Assembly (NCBI GenBank): GCA_038324335.1
Contig: JBBQHW010000001.1
Coordinates: forward strand, 24,887 to 88,886
DNA length: 64,000 nt
Source of the DNA: Holophagales bacterium
Lineage (GTDB): Bacteria > Acidobacteriota > Holophagae > Holophagales > Holophagaceae
Direction of reading: 5' to 3'
Shown: positions 8,950 to 17,821 of the stretch, piece by piece
Numbering within the stretch: position 1 is the stretch's first letter
Layout: each line of letters begins with the position of its first letter
Made by a program: the position numbers and the translations under genes
Notes under the pieces: model-generated
Told to the model about the DNA's origin: nothing
Databases searched by the model: none
Seen by the model: only the letters and a program-made list of their open reading frames with translations

Positions 8950-10176
8950 ATGCCCTTGTTCGAACGCACCATCGCCGACCGCTATCTGAAGTCCCACCGC
9001 AAGGGGGCCTTCGTGCGCACCATGGTCCGCTTCGCCCGGGGGGGCACGGCCCTCGGCGTCTTCGCCATGGTGGTGGCCCTGGCCGTCATGAATGGCTTCC
9101 ACGACGAGATCCAGGCCACGCTCTACAGTGCAACGGCCCACTTCACGGTGTTCCATCTGGCTGGTGACATCCAGGACACCGAGGGCACCCTGAAGACCAT
9201 TCGATCCGTCCGGGGCGTGCAGGCTGCCTCGCCCATCCGCCTGGAGAAGGGCCTGCTGCGCCGGCCCGACAGCGAGATGCCGCCGGAGGCTGTGGTCATC
9301 AAGGCCGTGGATCCCTCCACGGCCCACGGCACCTCCAGCATCTTCGATACCATGCGGCCCATCCCCATCGAGCAGCTAAAGGAGGGCGAGATCGTCCTGG
9401 GCAAGGAACTGGCCCAGAAGCTGGGCCTCCGCGTGGGCGACACCGTGGCCCTGGCCTTCTTCCGCCTGGAGCTGGGCCTGGGCGGCCAGCAGCCCAAGGT
9501 GGCCGCGTTCAAGGTGGCCGGCACCTTCCACAGCCACAGCTCCGAATACGACAAGGCCTGGGCCTTCATCCACCTGGGCGATGCCATGCGGATCGCCAAA
9601 ACCGAAGGCCGCGCCGAGATGATCGAGGTGCGCGCCAAGAGCATCGACGCCATCGCCGAAGTGAAGCCCCGGGTGCTGGAAAGCCTGGGCCCCGCCTACC
9701 AGGCCACGGATCTCCGCGATTCCAACAGGTCCATTTTCGCCGCCCTGATCGTGGAAAAGTGGCTCTTCGCCGCCATCCTCAGCCTCATCGTGCTGGTGGC
9801 GGCCTTCAACATCGTGGCCTCCCTGGTGCTGCTGGTGACCGAGAAGCGCCGGGACCTGGGCGTGCTGCTGGCCCTGGGCGCCACGCCGCGGCAGATCCAG
9901 CGCCTCTTCGAGCTGCAGGGCCTGCGCATCGGCGCCGTCGGCACGGCCTGGGGCCTGGGGGTCAGCGTGCCGCTCTGCTTCCTTCTCGACCGCTACAAGC
10001 TGTTCAAGCTGCCCGCTGCCGTCTACGACTTCATCACCTACATGCCCTTCCGGCTCAAGCTCCTGGATATCGTGCTGGTGGCCTGCTTTCCCCTGCTGGT
10101 GTCCTGGCTGGCCGCGCGCTACCCCGCGAAGAAGGCCGCCGCCCTGGATCCTGTCGATGCGCTGAGGGCGGAATGA
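8950..10176 (+). CDS. lolE: Lipoprotein-releasing ABC transporter permease (LolC/LolE family)
   Basis: ALAVMNGF, VAAFNIVASL..LVTEKRRDLGVL.ALGA, YPAKKAA.LDP.DALR. Confidence 0.88.
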   Translation: MPLFERTIADRYLKSHRKGAFVRTMVRFARGGTALGVFAMVVALAVMNGFHDEIQATLYSATAHFTVFHLAGDIQDTEGTLKTIRSVRGVQAASPIRLEKGLLRRPDSEMPPEAVVIKAVDPSTAHGTSSIFDTMRPIPIEQLKEGEIVLGKELAQKLGLRVGDTVALAFFRLELGLGGQQPKVAAFKVAGTFHSHSSEYDKAWAFIHLGDAMRIAKTEGRAEMIEVRAKSIDAIAEVKPRVLESLGPAYQATDLRDSNRSIFAALIVEKWLFAAILSLIVLVAAFNIVASLVLLVTEKRRDLGVLLALGATPRQIQRLFELQGLRIGAVGTAWGLGVSVPLCFLLDRYKLFKLPAAVYDFITYMPFRLKLLDIVLVACFPLLVSWLAARYPAKKAAALDPVDALRAE

Positions 10177-10823
10177 TCGGCCAACCCCTTTCCATCACGG
10201 ACCTGCACAAGACCTATGCAGGCAACGACCGGCCGGTGTTCGACGGCTTCTCGCTGGAGGTGGAAGCCGGCAGCCTCTGCGCCATCGTGGGCGTCTCCGG
10301 CGTGGGGAAGACTACGCTGCTCAACTGCGTGGCGGGCCTGGACCACTGGGAGGGCGGCCACATCTCCGTGGGCGGCGATCCCGTGCCTACCGGCGCTGAG
10401 GCCCGCGCCCTTTATCGCCGCCGCCACGTGGGCCTGGCCTTCCAGCAGCCGCACCTGCTGCCCGAATTCACCGTGCGGGAGAACCTGCGCATGCCGCGGC
10501 TCATCGAGGGTGAAGTCTCCCCCGAGGCCGAAGCCTGGATCGGACAGCTTCTGTCCACCGTGGGCCTGGGCGCACTCGGCGAGCGCTTGCCGAGTCAGCT
10601 CTCCGGCGGCGAGGCCGCCCGGGTGGGCCTCGTGCGGGCCCTGGTGCGCAAGCCCGCCCTGTGGCTGCTGGACGAGCCCACCGGCAACCTCGACCCGGCC
10701 ACCGCCGAGGAAGTCTTCGGTTTCCTGGCCAGCCTCCACGCCGACCTCCGCCCCACCACCCTGCTCGTCACCCATAACCCGAGCCTCGCCGAGCGCTGCA
10801 TGCGGACCGTGCGGCTGGGGTGA
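10173..10823 (+). CDS. lolD: Lipoprotein-releasing ABC transporter ATPase
   Basis: Walker A GVSGVGKT, LSGGE, LLDEPTGNLD, VTHN; ATGA overlap with permease. Confidence 0.85.
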   Translation: MIGQPLSITDLHKTYAGNDRPVFDGFSLEVEAGSLCAIVGVSGVGKTTLLNCVAGLDHWEGGHISVGGDPVPTGAEARALYRRRHVGLAFQQPHLLPEFTVRENLRMPRLIEGEVSPEAEAWIGQLLSTVGLGALGERLPSQLSGGEAARVGLVRALVRKPALWLLDEPTGNLDPATAEEVFGFLASLHADLRPTTLLVTHNPSLAERCMRTVRLG

Positions 10824-10845
10824 AGTCGGTCGTCCAACCCCGCGC

Positions 10846-11502
10846 CTAGCGTCGAACAGTTGCCAGGAACCGCCCCACAGCGCAGAGGAAGCCTGGGCCC
10901 CACTCGTGGCCGCCGTCGAAGCTGACGACTTCCGCCTGGAGACCCCGGGCTTCAAGGACGGTCCTATCCTTGGCGAGCTGAGCGGCCGAATAGAGGCTGT
11001 CCCGCTCGCCGCGCCCGATGAGCGTGGGAGGTACCTGGAGCACGGCGGCCTCGGCCACGTCCCGGGGCAGATCGCCCCCGAGAATGATGAGGCCCTGGCA
11101 GGGGCCGCAGTGCAGCGCGGCGCGCCAGGCCATGGCGGCGCCCTGGGAGAAGCCCGCGAATACGAGTGGGCCGTTTCCCCGGTCGGCCCGCAGTTCGGCG
11201 ACCACGCGGGCCACGTAGGCCAGGTTGTCCTGGATGGCCTGTTCCCGGTCCAGGCTCGTCATCCAGGACGCCACCACCTCCCGGGTCTTGGCGCTGTAGA
11301 AGGGGTGCAGGGCCTGCACGGCCACCAGGGTCCAACCCGCCGCGCCCGGAAGGCGGCGCAGGTCCTCCAGCAGGTGGTCGGCATTCTGCGCGTAGCCGTG
11401 GAAGCCTACCAGCAGCGGCGCGCCGCGGCCTTCACCCTGGGTCGCAGGTTCCACCAGGTAGCGGCCCAGGGTGGCAGTGCGGAGGGTGCGGGTCTCGGTC
11501 AT
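10846..11502 (-). CDS. Alpha/beta hydrolase (phospholipase/carboxylesterase family)
   Basis: FHGY, GFSQG nucleophile elbow, GERD, GGH. Confidence 0.85.
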   Translation of the reverse strand: MTETRTLRTATLGRYLVEPATQGEGRGAPLLVGFHGYAQNADHLLEDLRRLPGAAGWTLVAVQALHPFYSAKTREVVASWMTSLDREQAIQDNLAYVARVVAELRADRGNGPLVFAGFSQGAAMAWRAALHCGPCQGLIILGGDLPRDVAEAAVLQVPPTLIGRGERDSLYSAAQLAKDRTVLEARGLQAEVVSFDGGHEWGPGFLCAVGRFLATVRR

Positions 11503-11550
11503 GGGCGCTTATTCTGGCACGCGAAGCGGGTGGCCGGGGTCAGCCCCGAG

Positions 11551-11706
11551 GAACCTGGGCAACGGGTTGGCACCTTCGTCCATCGGGCGAAATGAGATTC
11601 AGGCCGCGTAACCCTCAAGGCAGAGGGTATCCGCGCTGAGGTCTGCCCCATTGGGCCATGAGTTCATCACGGTGGATCTCGATCCAAGCAACGAATGGAC
11701 AGGTTC
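11551..11706. ncRNA. Candidate rod-like structured RNA (6S-like size), strand unresolved
   Basis: Nested pairings GAACCTG/CAGGTTC, TTGG-CACC/GGTG-CCAA, GGGC/GCCC, TCAG/CTGA, CGCG/CGCG, ACCCTC/GAGGGT in a non-coding gap. Confidence 0.5.
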
Positions 11707-11711
11707 GCCCC

Positions 11712-12149
11712 TCAGTCCAAGCGCCCCGGTGCGATGCCCTTCGCCCGGCGATCTTCCAGCAGCTCAGCCAGGATCACCGCCGCCGCGGCGGCATCCAGCA
11801 GGGCCTTCCGCTTTTCGGGTTTCACGCCCCGTTCGCGCAGGAGGCGCTCGGCCTCGGCACTGCTGAGGTGTTCGTTCACCAGGCGCAGGGGCAGGCCCGT
11901 GCGGGCCGCCAGCGCCTCGCCGAAGGCGCGGGCCGCGGGGGCCGTGGCGCTTTCGGCGCCGTCCTTGTGGCGCGGCAGGCCCACCGCCAGGGCCTGGACG
12001 CCTTCCTCCTTGCAAAGCCGCACCAGCCGCACGAGGGTGCGCTCATCCTCCTGGGGCCACACGGCGAAGGGCGAAGCCAGGATCTCCAACTCGTCCGAGA
12101 AGGCGAGGCCGATCTTCTTCGTGCCATGATCTAGGGAAAGCCAACGCAT
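11712..12149 (-). CDS. ruvX: YqgF/RuvX family nuclease
   Basis: LSLDHGTKKIGLAFSD, VGLP, NEHLSSAEA, LDAAAA..IL. Confidence 0.92.
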   Translation of the reverse strand: MRWLSLDHGTKKIGLAFSDELEILASPFAVWPQEDERTLVRLVRLCKEEGVQALAVGLPRHKDGAESATAPAARAFGEALAARTGLPLRLVNEHLSSAEAERLLRERGVKPEKRKALLDAAAAAVILAELLEDRRAKGIAPGRLD

Positions 12150-12556
12150 CAGACGGAGCCTTGGCCTGAAAATCCCACGTGTACCCGGGCCCAGGCCAGT
12201 ACGGCTTCGGCCAAGGATAGGGATTCAGCATGATCCGCCGCACAGAGGGGCTCAAACCCTCCGGGGTAGCGCGTTTCGGAAGCGTAGCGGGTGAGCACGG
12301 TGGCGGCATCCACCGCCTCTGGAATGGCAAGACCCTGTTCCTCCAGACCTTCCAGAAGCCGATCAAGGTCATGCACGAAAGGGAAGTCGATTCCACGGTG
12401 GACGTAGATGGCTTTCAGCGCTTTTTCGGCGGCTTGCTGAGCCTGGAAGCAGAGATCCTCGAAGGCCACCCCCGGCCCACACATTCGCGCGAGCGCCAAG
12501 CTGGCCTCGGCTCTGGCAATCCAGTCCTCCGTCCGCCCCAGGAACCTAGGCGGCAT
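12149..12556 (-). CDS. HEPN domain protein
   Basis: CFQAQQAAEKALKA, HDLDRLL, TRYP; directly downstream of MNT. Confidence 0.88.
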   Translation of the reverse strand: MPPRFLGRTEDWIARAEASLALARMCGPGVAFEDLCFQAQQAAEKALKAIYVHRGIDFPFVHDLDRLLEGLEEQGLAIPEAVDAATVLTRYASETRYPGGFEPLCAADHAESLSLAEAVLAWARVHVGFSGQGSV

Positions 12557-12866
12557 GGAACAACTCCCTGCCTTCGCGCAGCGCCTCGCGGTAGACCATT
12601 CCCAAATCGTCCTGGTGTGCCGCCAGGAATCCCTCGTGAACCACGATCAGATCCTTGGCATAGGGAAACCGTCTCAGTCCCAGGTACGCGCGGTTCCACG
12701 CATCCTTCTGGGAGACGCCATCGGGTACCACCACCAGCAGATCCACGTCGCTGTGCGGGCCCATTTCGCCCCGGGCGGCACTGCCGAAGAGAATGATCCG
12801 CGTGGGCTGGACAGCTTCGACCAGCCGCGTCACCAGATCCTGGATCAGTTCCTCGGAAAGCTGCAT
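12546..12866 (-). CDS. Minimal nucleotidyltransferase (MNT)
   Basis: ILFGSAARGE...SDVDLLVV (GSx10DxD); overlaps HEPN by 11 nt. Confidence 0.9.
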   Translation of the reverse strand: MQLSEELIQDLVTRLVEAVQPTRIILFGSAARGEMGPHSDVDLLVVVPDGVSQKDAWNRAYLGLRRFPYAKDLIVVHEGFLAAHQDDLGMVYREALREGRELFHAA

Positions 12867-12951
12867 GGAAGCCTCACCCTCATCCTACCGCCCTGTGGCA
12901 CCATCGGGGATCTTCCTCTCCTCACCTCTGCCATAGTCCAGGAGATTCCCC

Positions 12952-14544
12952 ATGGAGTGGGATTACATCATCATCGGCTCGGGCTTCGGCGGCAGCGTGA
13001 GCGCCCTCCGGCTCACGGAGAAGGGCTACCGGGTGCTGGTGCTGGAGAAGGGCCGCCGGCTGCGGGCCGGGGACTTCCCCACGTCCAACTGGAACCTGAA
13101 GCGCTTCTTCTGGCTCCCGCAGGTGGGCTTCCGCGGCCTCTTCAAAATGACCTTCCTGGGCCACGTCACGGCGCTGTCGGGCGTGGGCGTGGGCGGCGGC
13201 TCCCTGGTCTATGCCAACACCCTGCCCGTGCCCAAGGATCCCTTCTTCGCGGCCCCCTCCTGGAGCCACCTGGCGGACTGGAAGGCGGAATTGGCCGGGC
13301 CCTACCAGACGGTGCTGCGGATGCTGGGCGCCACGCGGAACCCCAGCCTCACCTATCCCGATGAAGTGCTCCGCGAGGTGGGCAGGGAGATCGGCCGGGG
13401 CGACGCCTTCGAGCAGACGGACGTGGCGGTCTACTTCGGCAAGACCGGCGAGACCGTGCCGGATCCTTATTTTGGCGGCGAGGGTCCCGAGCGCACCGGC
13501 TGCACGCTCTGCGGGGGCTGTATGCTGGGCTGCAACCACGGCGCCAAGAACACCCTGGACCGCAACTACCTCTACCTCGCCGAAAAACGCGGCCTGCTCA
13601 TCCAGCCCGACACCGAGGTGACCTGGGTGAAGCCCCTGGCCGCCGGCGGCTACGAGGTGGAGGCCCGCCAGGGTACCTGGGCCCTCCCGGCGCTGAATGC
13701 CAAGCGGACCTACCGGGCCAAGCAGATCATCTTCGCCGGCGGCGTGTTGGGCACCGTGCCCCTGCTGCTGAAACTGAAGGCCCACGCCGAAGGACTGCCG
13801 GCGCTCTCGAATCGCGTCGGCGATTTCATCCGCACCAACTCGGAAGTGCTGCTGGGCATCGTCACCCAGCGCCGCGACAAGGACCTGTCGCAGGGCATCG
13901 CCATCGGCAGCATCCTGCACACGGACGAACACTCCCATCTGGAACCGGTGCGCTACCCCGCCGGGGCGGGCTTCTTCCGCACCCTCATGCTGCCCGCGGC
14001 CCCAGGCGACACGCTGGGCCAGCGCACCTTCAACGCCCTGGGCCGGGTGCTGCGGCAGCCCATCAAGACGCTGCGCTGCTACCTCGTGCCGGACTGGGCG
14101 AAGTTCACCATGATCCTGCTCTACATGCAGACCGTGGACGGCCACATCCGCATGCGCCTGGGGCGGGGCCTGCGCACGGGCTTCCGGCGCGGGGCCGTGA
14201 CCGAGCGGGGCGACGGCCCCCCCGCCAAGGCCTGGACGGCGGAAGCCTCCGACCTCGGCGACCGGGTGGCCCGCCATCTGGACGGCTACCCCACCAGCCT
14301 ACTCACTGAAACCTTGCTGGGCATCCCCACCACGGCCCACATCCTGGGCGGCGCGCCCATGGGCGATTCCGCGGAGACCGGCGCCATCGACCACCGCCAC
14401 CGCCTCTTCGGCTACGAGGGGCTCTACGTCATCGACGGCGCCGCCATGTCCGCCAACCCCGGCGTGAACCCCTCCCTCACCATCGCCGCCCTGGCCGAGC
14501 GGGCCATGAGCTTCATCCCAGCCAAAGTTGACACCACAGCATGA
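12952..14544 (+). CDS. GMC-family FAD oxidoreductase (cholesterol oxidase ChoD-like)
   Basis: IIGSGFGGSVSALRL, GVGGGSLVYA, CTLCGGCMLGC, HILGG, GVNPSLTIAALAER. Confidence 0.88.
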   Translation: MEWDYIIIGSGFGGSVSALRLTEKGYRVLVLEKGRRLRAGDFPTSNWNLKRFFWLPQVGFRGLFKMTFLGHVTALSGVGVGGGSLVYANTLPVPKDPFFAAPSWSHLADWKAELAGPYQTVLRMLGATRNPSLTYPDEVLREVGREIGRGDAFEQTDVAVYFGKTGETVPDPYFGGEGPERTGCTLCGGCMLGCNHGAKNTLDRNYLYLAEKRGLLIQPDTEVTWVKPLAAGGYEVEARQGTWALPALNAKRTYRAKQIIFAGGVLGTVPLLLKLKAHAEGLPALSNRVGDFIRTNSEVLLGIVTQRRDKDLSQGIAIGSILHTDEHSHLEPVRYPAGAGFFRTLMLPAAPGDTLGQRTFNALGRVLRQPIKTLRCYLVPDWAKFTMILLYMQTVDGHIRMRLGRGLRTGFRRGAVTERGDGPPAKAWTAEASDLGDRVARHLDGYPTSLLTETLLGIPTTAHILGGAPMGDSAETGAIDHRHRLFGYEGLYVIDGAAMSANPGVNPSLTIAALAERAMSFIPAKVDTTA

Positions 14545-14656
14545 GCCGGGGGCCGTTTGACACTGTTATGGCGCCGTTTGGTGGGTGGATAGAGGGGCAA
14601 ACAACAGAAGATCACTTTTGTGAGGGCCGGGGTGGCAGTTTGGCCTTTGGACATCA

Positions 14657-15376
14657 TTAACCTCCAAACTTTTTTTGTTTGAATGATTCCAATACCGCTG
14701 CAGTGTCATTGGGGTCGAAACGCTTCGGTTCGAGCTCGGTGCGACTGAAGATATAAATTTTTTGGCTATAACTTGCCAGCCGGAATACCAGCCACTTGTC
14801 GTCCGGACTCCGGTAGAGCGTCCCGAGACCCGCCCAGTTGAGGTCGGAGTTCTCAATCTTGACCCTCAGAAGTTCAAAATCAGTATTCTCGCGCCGGTCC
14901 ATGACGTAGTAGTAGCCAGTACGCAACTCCATCTGGGTCTTCCCGAGGCGATCCGGGAACGGGTCGCCGAACATGTGCCAAACGCGACGCATTCCCTTGA
15001 CCCCCCTAAATTCCGTCCAGGTCGACTCGAAATAACTGGAGTCCCATCGCTGCGCCAAGTTCTCGATGTCCTCCCACCGGTTCACGGGGAAGTGGTAAGA
15101 GCTGATGCTCTTCGTTTTGAGGTCGACTTTGACCGCATCACCATCTCTCCCGACGAAGGTGAGGTAAAGGATCATCGGATCGGCCTTGTCACCGTAGGGG
15201 GAGGCCAGACCCTGTTCCAAGGTTGGCTCAAACTCTAGCCAAGGGTGGTTGGCCTCCATGCTGCCGACGTTGGCTTTGGGCGGCAAGTTGCCACAGGATC
15301 CTAGAAAAATCAGGTTAGTGAGGATTAGGCACGCGATGGCCCAGAGCCAATGTTTCTGCCAATTCTTAGATGCCAT
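14657..15376 (-). CDS. Hypothetical exported/lipoprotein in low-GC islet
   Basis: Strong RBS AAGGAGGT before ATG 15376; signal peptide ending FLGSC; AT-richer than flanks. Confidence 0.6.
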   Translation of the reverse strand: MASKNWQKHWLWAIACLILTNLIFLGSCGNLPPKANVGSMEANHPWLEFEPTLEQGLASPYGDKADPMILYLTFVGRDGDAVKVDLKTKSISSYHFPVNRWEDIENLAQRWDSSYFESTWTEFRGVKGMRRVWHMFGDPFPDRLGKTQMELRTGYYYVMDRRENTDFELLRVKIENSDLNWAGLGTLYRSPDDKWLVFRLASYSQKIYIFSRTELEPKRFDPNDTAAVLESFKQKKFGG

Positions 15377-15793
15377 TGAGAATTTACCTCCTTGACGAAG
15401 ATTATTTGACACTCCAATCGGCCAGAATCTTCGTGTATAGGAAATTCAAACGGTCCATTTTGACGCACCCGGGGACCTGCCTTCGAAACTGATCGAGGAG
15501 ACGGGGGGCATCTTGGATCGTTCTCTGTGGCCTTGAGCGCCCACAAGGGCTTTCGTAGCTTTCGAATTCCTGCCAGCGCTTGTCAAAGAGGCTTGGGCAC
15601 ACAGTGGCCCCGGGCTTCGCCTGGGTCAAGTGCTACCCTCATCGAGCATCAAGGTTGTGATTGGCGGTGGCTGATGACCCTCAGGGCGGCCTTTCCTTCC
15701 GGCTGAGGCAGTCAAGGATCGCGGTGATGACACTGGGCTGCTGGATCACGGCGAGGCGCTGCATGCGGCAATCACACGGGCATACTGGACGCC

Positions 15794-16690
15794 ATGACCC
15801 GCCCCCTTCCCGATGACCTGCTGAAGGTCCCGCACCGCCGGGACGTGTCCTTCTCGAAGCTCACGACCCTGGGCGTGGGGGGGCTGTGCCGCTGGCTGTT
15901 TGAGCCGACGACGGAAGCGCAAGCCCAAGCCTTCGTCCGCGCCTGCGCCCGGGAGGGCCTGCCCTGGCGGGTGCTGGGCGGGGGCTCGAACCTGGTGGTG
16001 CTCGGAGACCTGGAAGGGCCAGTGCTCCGGTTGGCCTTTCCGAAAGAGATCCACCGCGCAGGAGATCAGCTCACGGCCCCCGCCAGTCACGGCCACATCG
16101 CCCTGGCCGAAGCGGCGGCCAACCTGGGCCTCTCGGGCCTGGAATTCGCCAGCGGCATTCCCGGTTCCCTGGGCGGCGCCATTCGCATGAATGCTGGCGC
16201 CTATGGCCGCGAGTGGGCGGACGTGCTCACGCGCTACCGCTTCCTCACGCCCGAGGGCGAGCTGGTGGAGAAGGCCCCGGAACCCGGTGAGTTCAGCTAC
16301 CGCTGGAGCTTCCTCACGGGGGGGCGGGTGGTGCTGTCCGCCACGGCGCAGCTCGTCGCAGGGGACGCCGCCAGGATCCGGGCCCAGGTGGCCGAGTACC
16401 GCGCCAAGCGCGGCACCAGCCAACCCCTCTCGAAACGCAACGCCGGTTGCATCTTCAAGAACCCGCCGGGCCTGAGCGCCGGCCGCCTCATCGACCAGGC
16501 GGGCCTCAAAGGCCTGTGCCTCGGCGACGCCGAGGTGAGCCCCGAGCACGCCAACTTCCTCATCAACCATGGCAAGGCCACCGCCGCCGAGTTCGCGGAG
16601 CTGATGGAGCGGGTCCGGGCCAAGGTGCTGGAAGTCTCAGGCGTGGATCTGGAACCGGAAGTCGAACTCTGGCGGGGGGATGGGCTGTAG
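15794..16690 (+). CDS. murB: UDP-N-acetylenolpyruvoylglucosamine reductase
   Basis: LGGGSNL, GIPGSLGGAIRMNAGAYG, AGCIFKNP, HANFLIN, LEPEV. Confidence 0.95.
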   Translation: MTRPLPDDLLKVPHRRDVSFSKLTTLGVGGLCRWLFEPTTEAQAQAFVRACAREGLPWRVLGGGSNLVVLGDLEGPVLRLAFPKEIHRAGDQLTAPASHGHIALAEAAANLGLSGLEFASGIPGSLGGAIRMNAGAYGREWADVLTRYRFLTPEGELVEKAPEPGEFSYRWSFLTGGRVVLSATAQLVAGDAARIRAQVAEYRAKRGTSQPLSKRNAGCIFKNPPGLSAGRLIDQAGLKGLCLGDAEVSPEHANFLINHGKATAAEFAELMERVRAKVLEVSGVDLEPEVELWRGDGL

Positions 16691-16695
16691 CTTTA

Positions 16696-16918
16696 GGCTG
16701 TGGGCTGTGGGCTATGGGCTGTGGGCTATGGGCTGTGGGCTGTGGGCTGTGGGCTGTGGGCTGTAGGTAATGCTTTCTGGGCGTCCCTTTGGGACGCGCC
16801 GAATGATCTTATTTCGGGCCGTTCAGGGGTTCTTGGTGGGTCGGCGCCTAACTGAAATCAAGGATGCGCCGCCTGCGGCGCCGCCGTCGTCTTTCCCATG
16901 GCCCACAGCCCACAGCCC
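16696..16918. repeat. Repeat-built intergenic palindrome: GGCT(G/A)TG x10 ... inverted (CACAGCC)n
   Basis: Ten heptamers 16696-16765, inverted copies 16901-16918, internal hairpins GCGTCCC-TTT-GGGACGC and GCGCCGC-CT-GCGGCGC. Confidence 0.9.
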
Positions 16919-16939
16919 AAACGCCGGTAAACTGAACCC

Positions 16940-17728
16940 ATGTCCATGCTCCCCCGCACACGCCTGCAGCGCCCCTGGCTCCCCTGGGCCCGGGCGGGCA
17001 TCACGCTGGCGGTCATCGGCGGCGCGGGATGGGGGCTCATGGAACTGGGCACCCGTTACCTCGGCCTCCAGAAGCTCGTCATCGAACAGGTGAACGTGAG
17101 CGGCTGCCGGGGCGAGCGGCAGGCGGAAATCCAGAAGCTGGCCGAGCAGCTGGTGCTCGGCAAACCCCTCTTCTGGGTGGACGCGGAGGCGCTGCGCTCG
17201 CGCATCGAGGCCAAGCGTTGGGTGCGGGGCCTCCAGATCCGCAAGGACCCGCCGGACCGCCTCAGTCTGGCCATCGAGGAGCGGCATCCGGTCCTCTGGC
17301 TGGTGCGCGCCAATGGCGTCTTCCTGGTGTCGGACGATGGCATCCTGCTCGATCGGGTCAATGCGGCCAACCTAACGCCCATTCCCGTGGTGGTGGATGC
17401 CGCCAGCCAAACAGATCAGGGATTGGCCCATCTCATCAGTGCTGCCCGCGTTCTGCGGGAAAAACAGCATGGCTTTTATGAGCGGATCACCGAATTCAGG
17501 GATTCGCCCAAGGGGCCTGTGGCCTTTATCGAGGGCTTTTCAGCCCCGATCTACCTTTCCCGCCAGGATGTCACGAAAAATGTTCCCAATTTCCAGGGAC
17601 TCTTCATGGATCGCCTCTCCCAGCGGCCGGATCTGGCCCGACTTCGCTATATCGACCTCCGCTGGGATGATGAGGTGGCCGTGGGCGAACCCGAGGATGG
17701 CCCGGCCCCGGCAAAGGCGCCGCGCTGA
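16940..17728 (+). CDS. ftsQ: Cell division protein FtsQ/DivIB
   Basis: Single TM, POTRA-like region, IEERHP, YIDLRW; upstream of ftsA. Confidence 0.85.
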   Translation: MSMLPRTRLQRPWLPWARAGITLAVIGGAGWGLMELGTRYLGLQKLVIEQVNVSGCRGERQAEIQKLAEQLVLGKPLFWVDAEALRSRIEAKRWVRGLQIRKDPPDRLSLAIEERHPVLWLVRANGVFLVSDDGILLDRVNAANLTPIPVVVDAASQTDQGLAHLISAARVLREKQHGFYERITEFRDSPKGPVAFIEGFSAPIYLSRQDVTKNVPNFQGLFMDRLSQRPDLARLRYIDLRWDDEVAVGEPEDGPAPAKAPR

Positions 17729-17821
17729 CCTCAGGGCCTTGGCCTCTGAATTTTCCCCGCCACGAATCCTCGATTTTTCGAGTGGAACTGGTATAAACCT
17801 AGAGCAAGGAAAAGGATCTTC

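Noticed and set aside
11551-11706. Retron msr-msd or riboswitch interpretation of the rod-like RNA
   Set aside because: No reverse transcriptase nearby and no riboswitch consensus recognised; kept only as an unclassified ncRNA candidate
16846-16900. attC-like start GCCTAAC followed by a GCGCCGC hairpin
   Set aside because: No matching GTTRRRY end, no cassette ORF and no integron integrase; better explained as part of the palindromic element
16447-17093. ORFs with GCGLWA / PTAHSP repeats
   Set aside because: Translation artefacts of the heptamer tract overlapping murB and ftsQ
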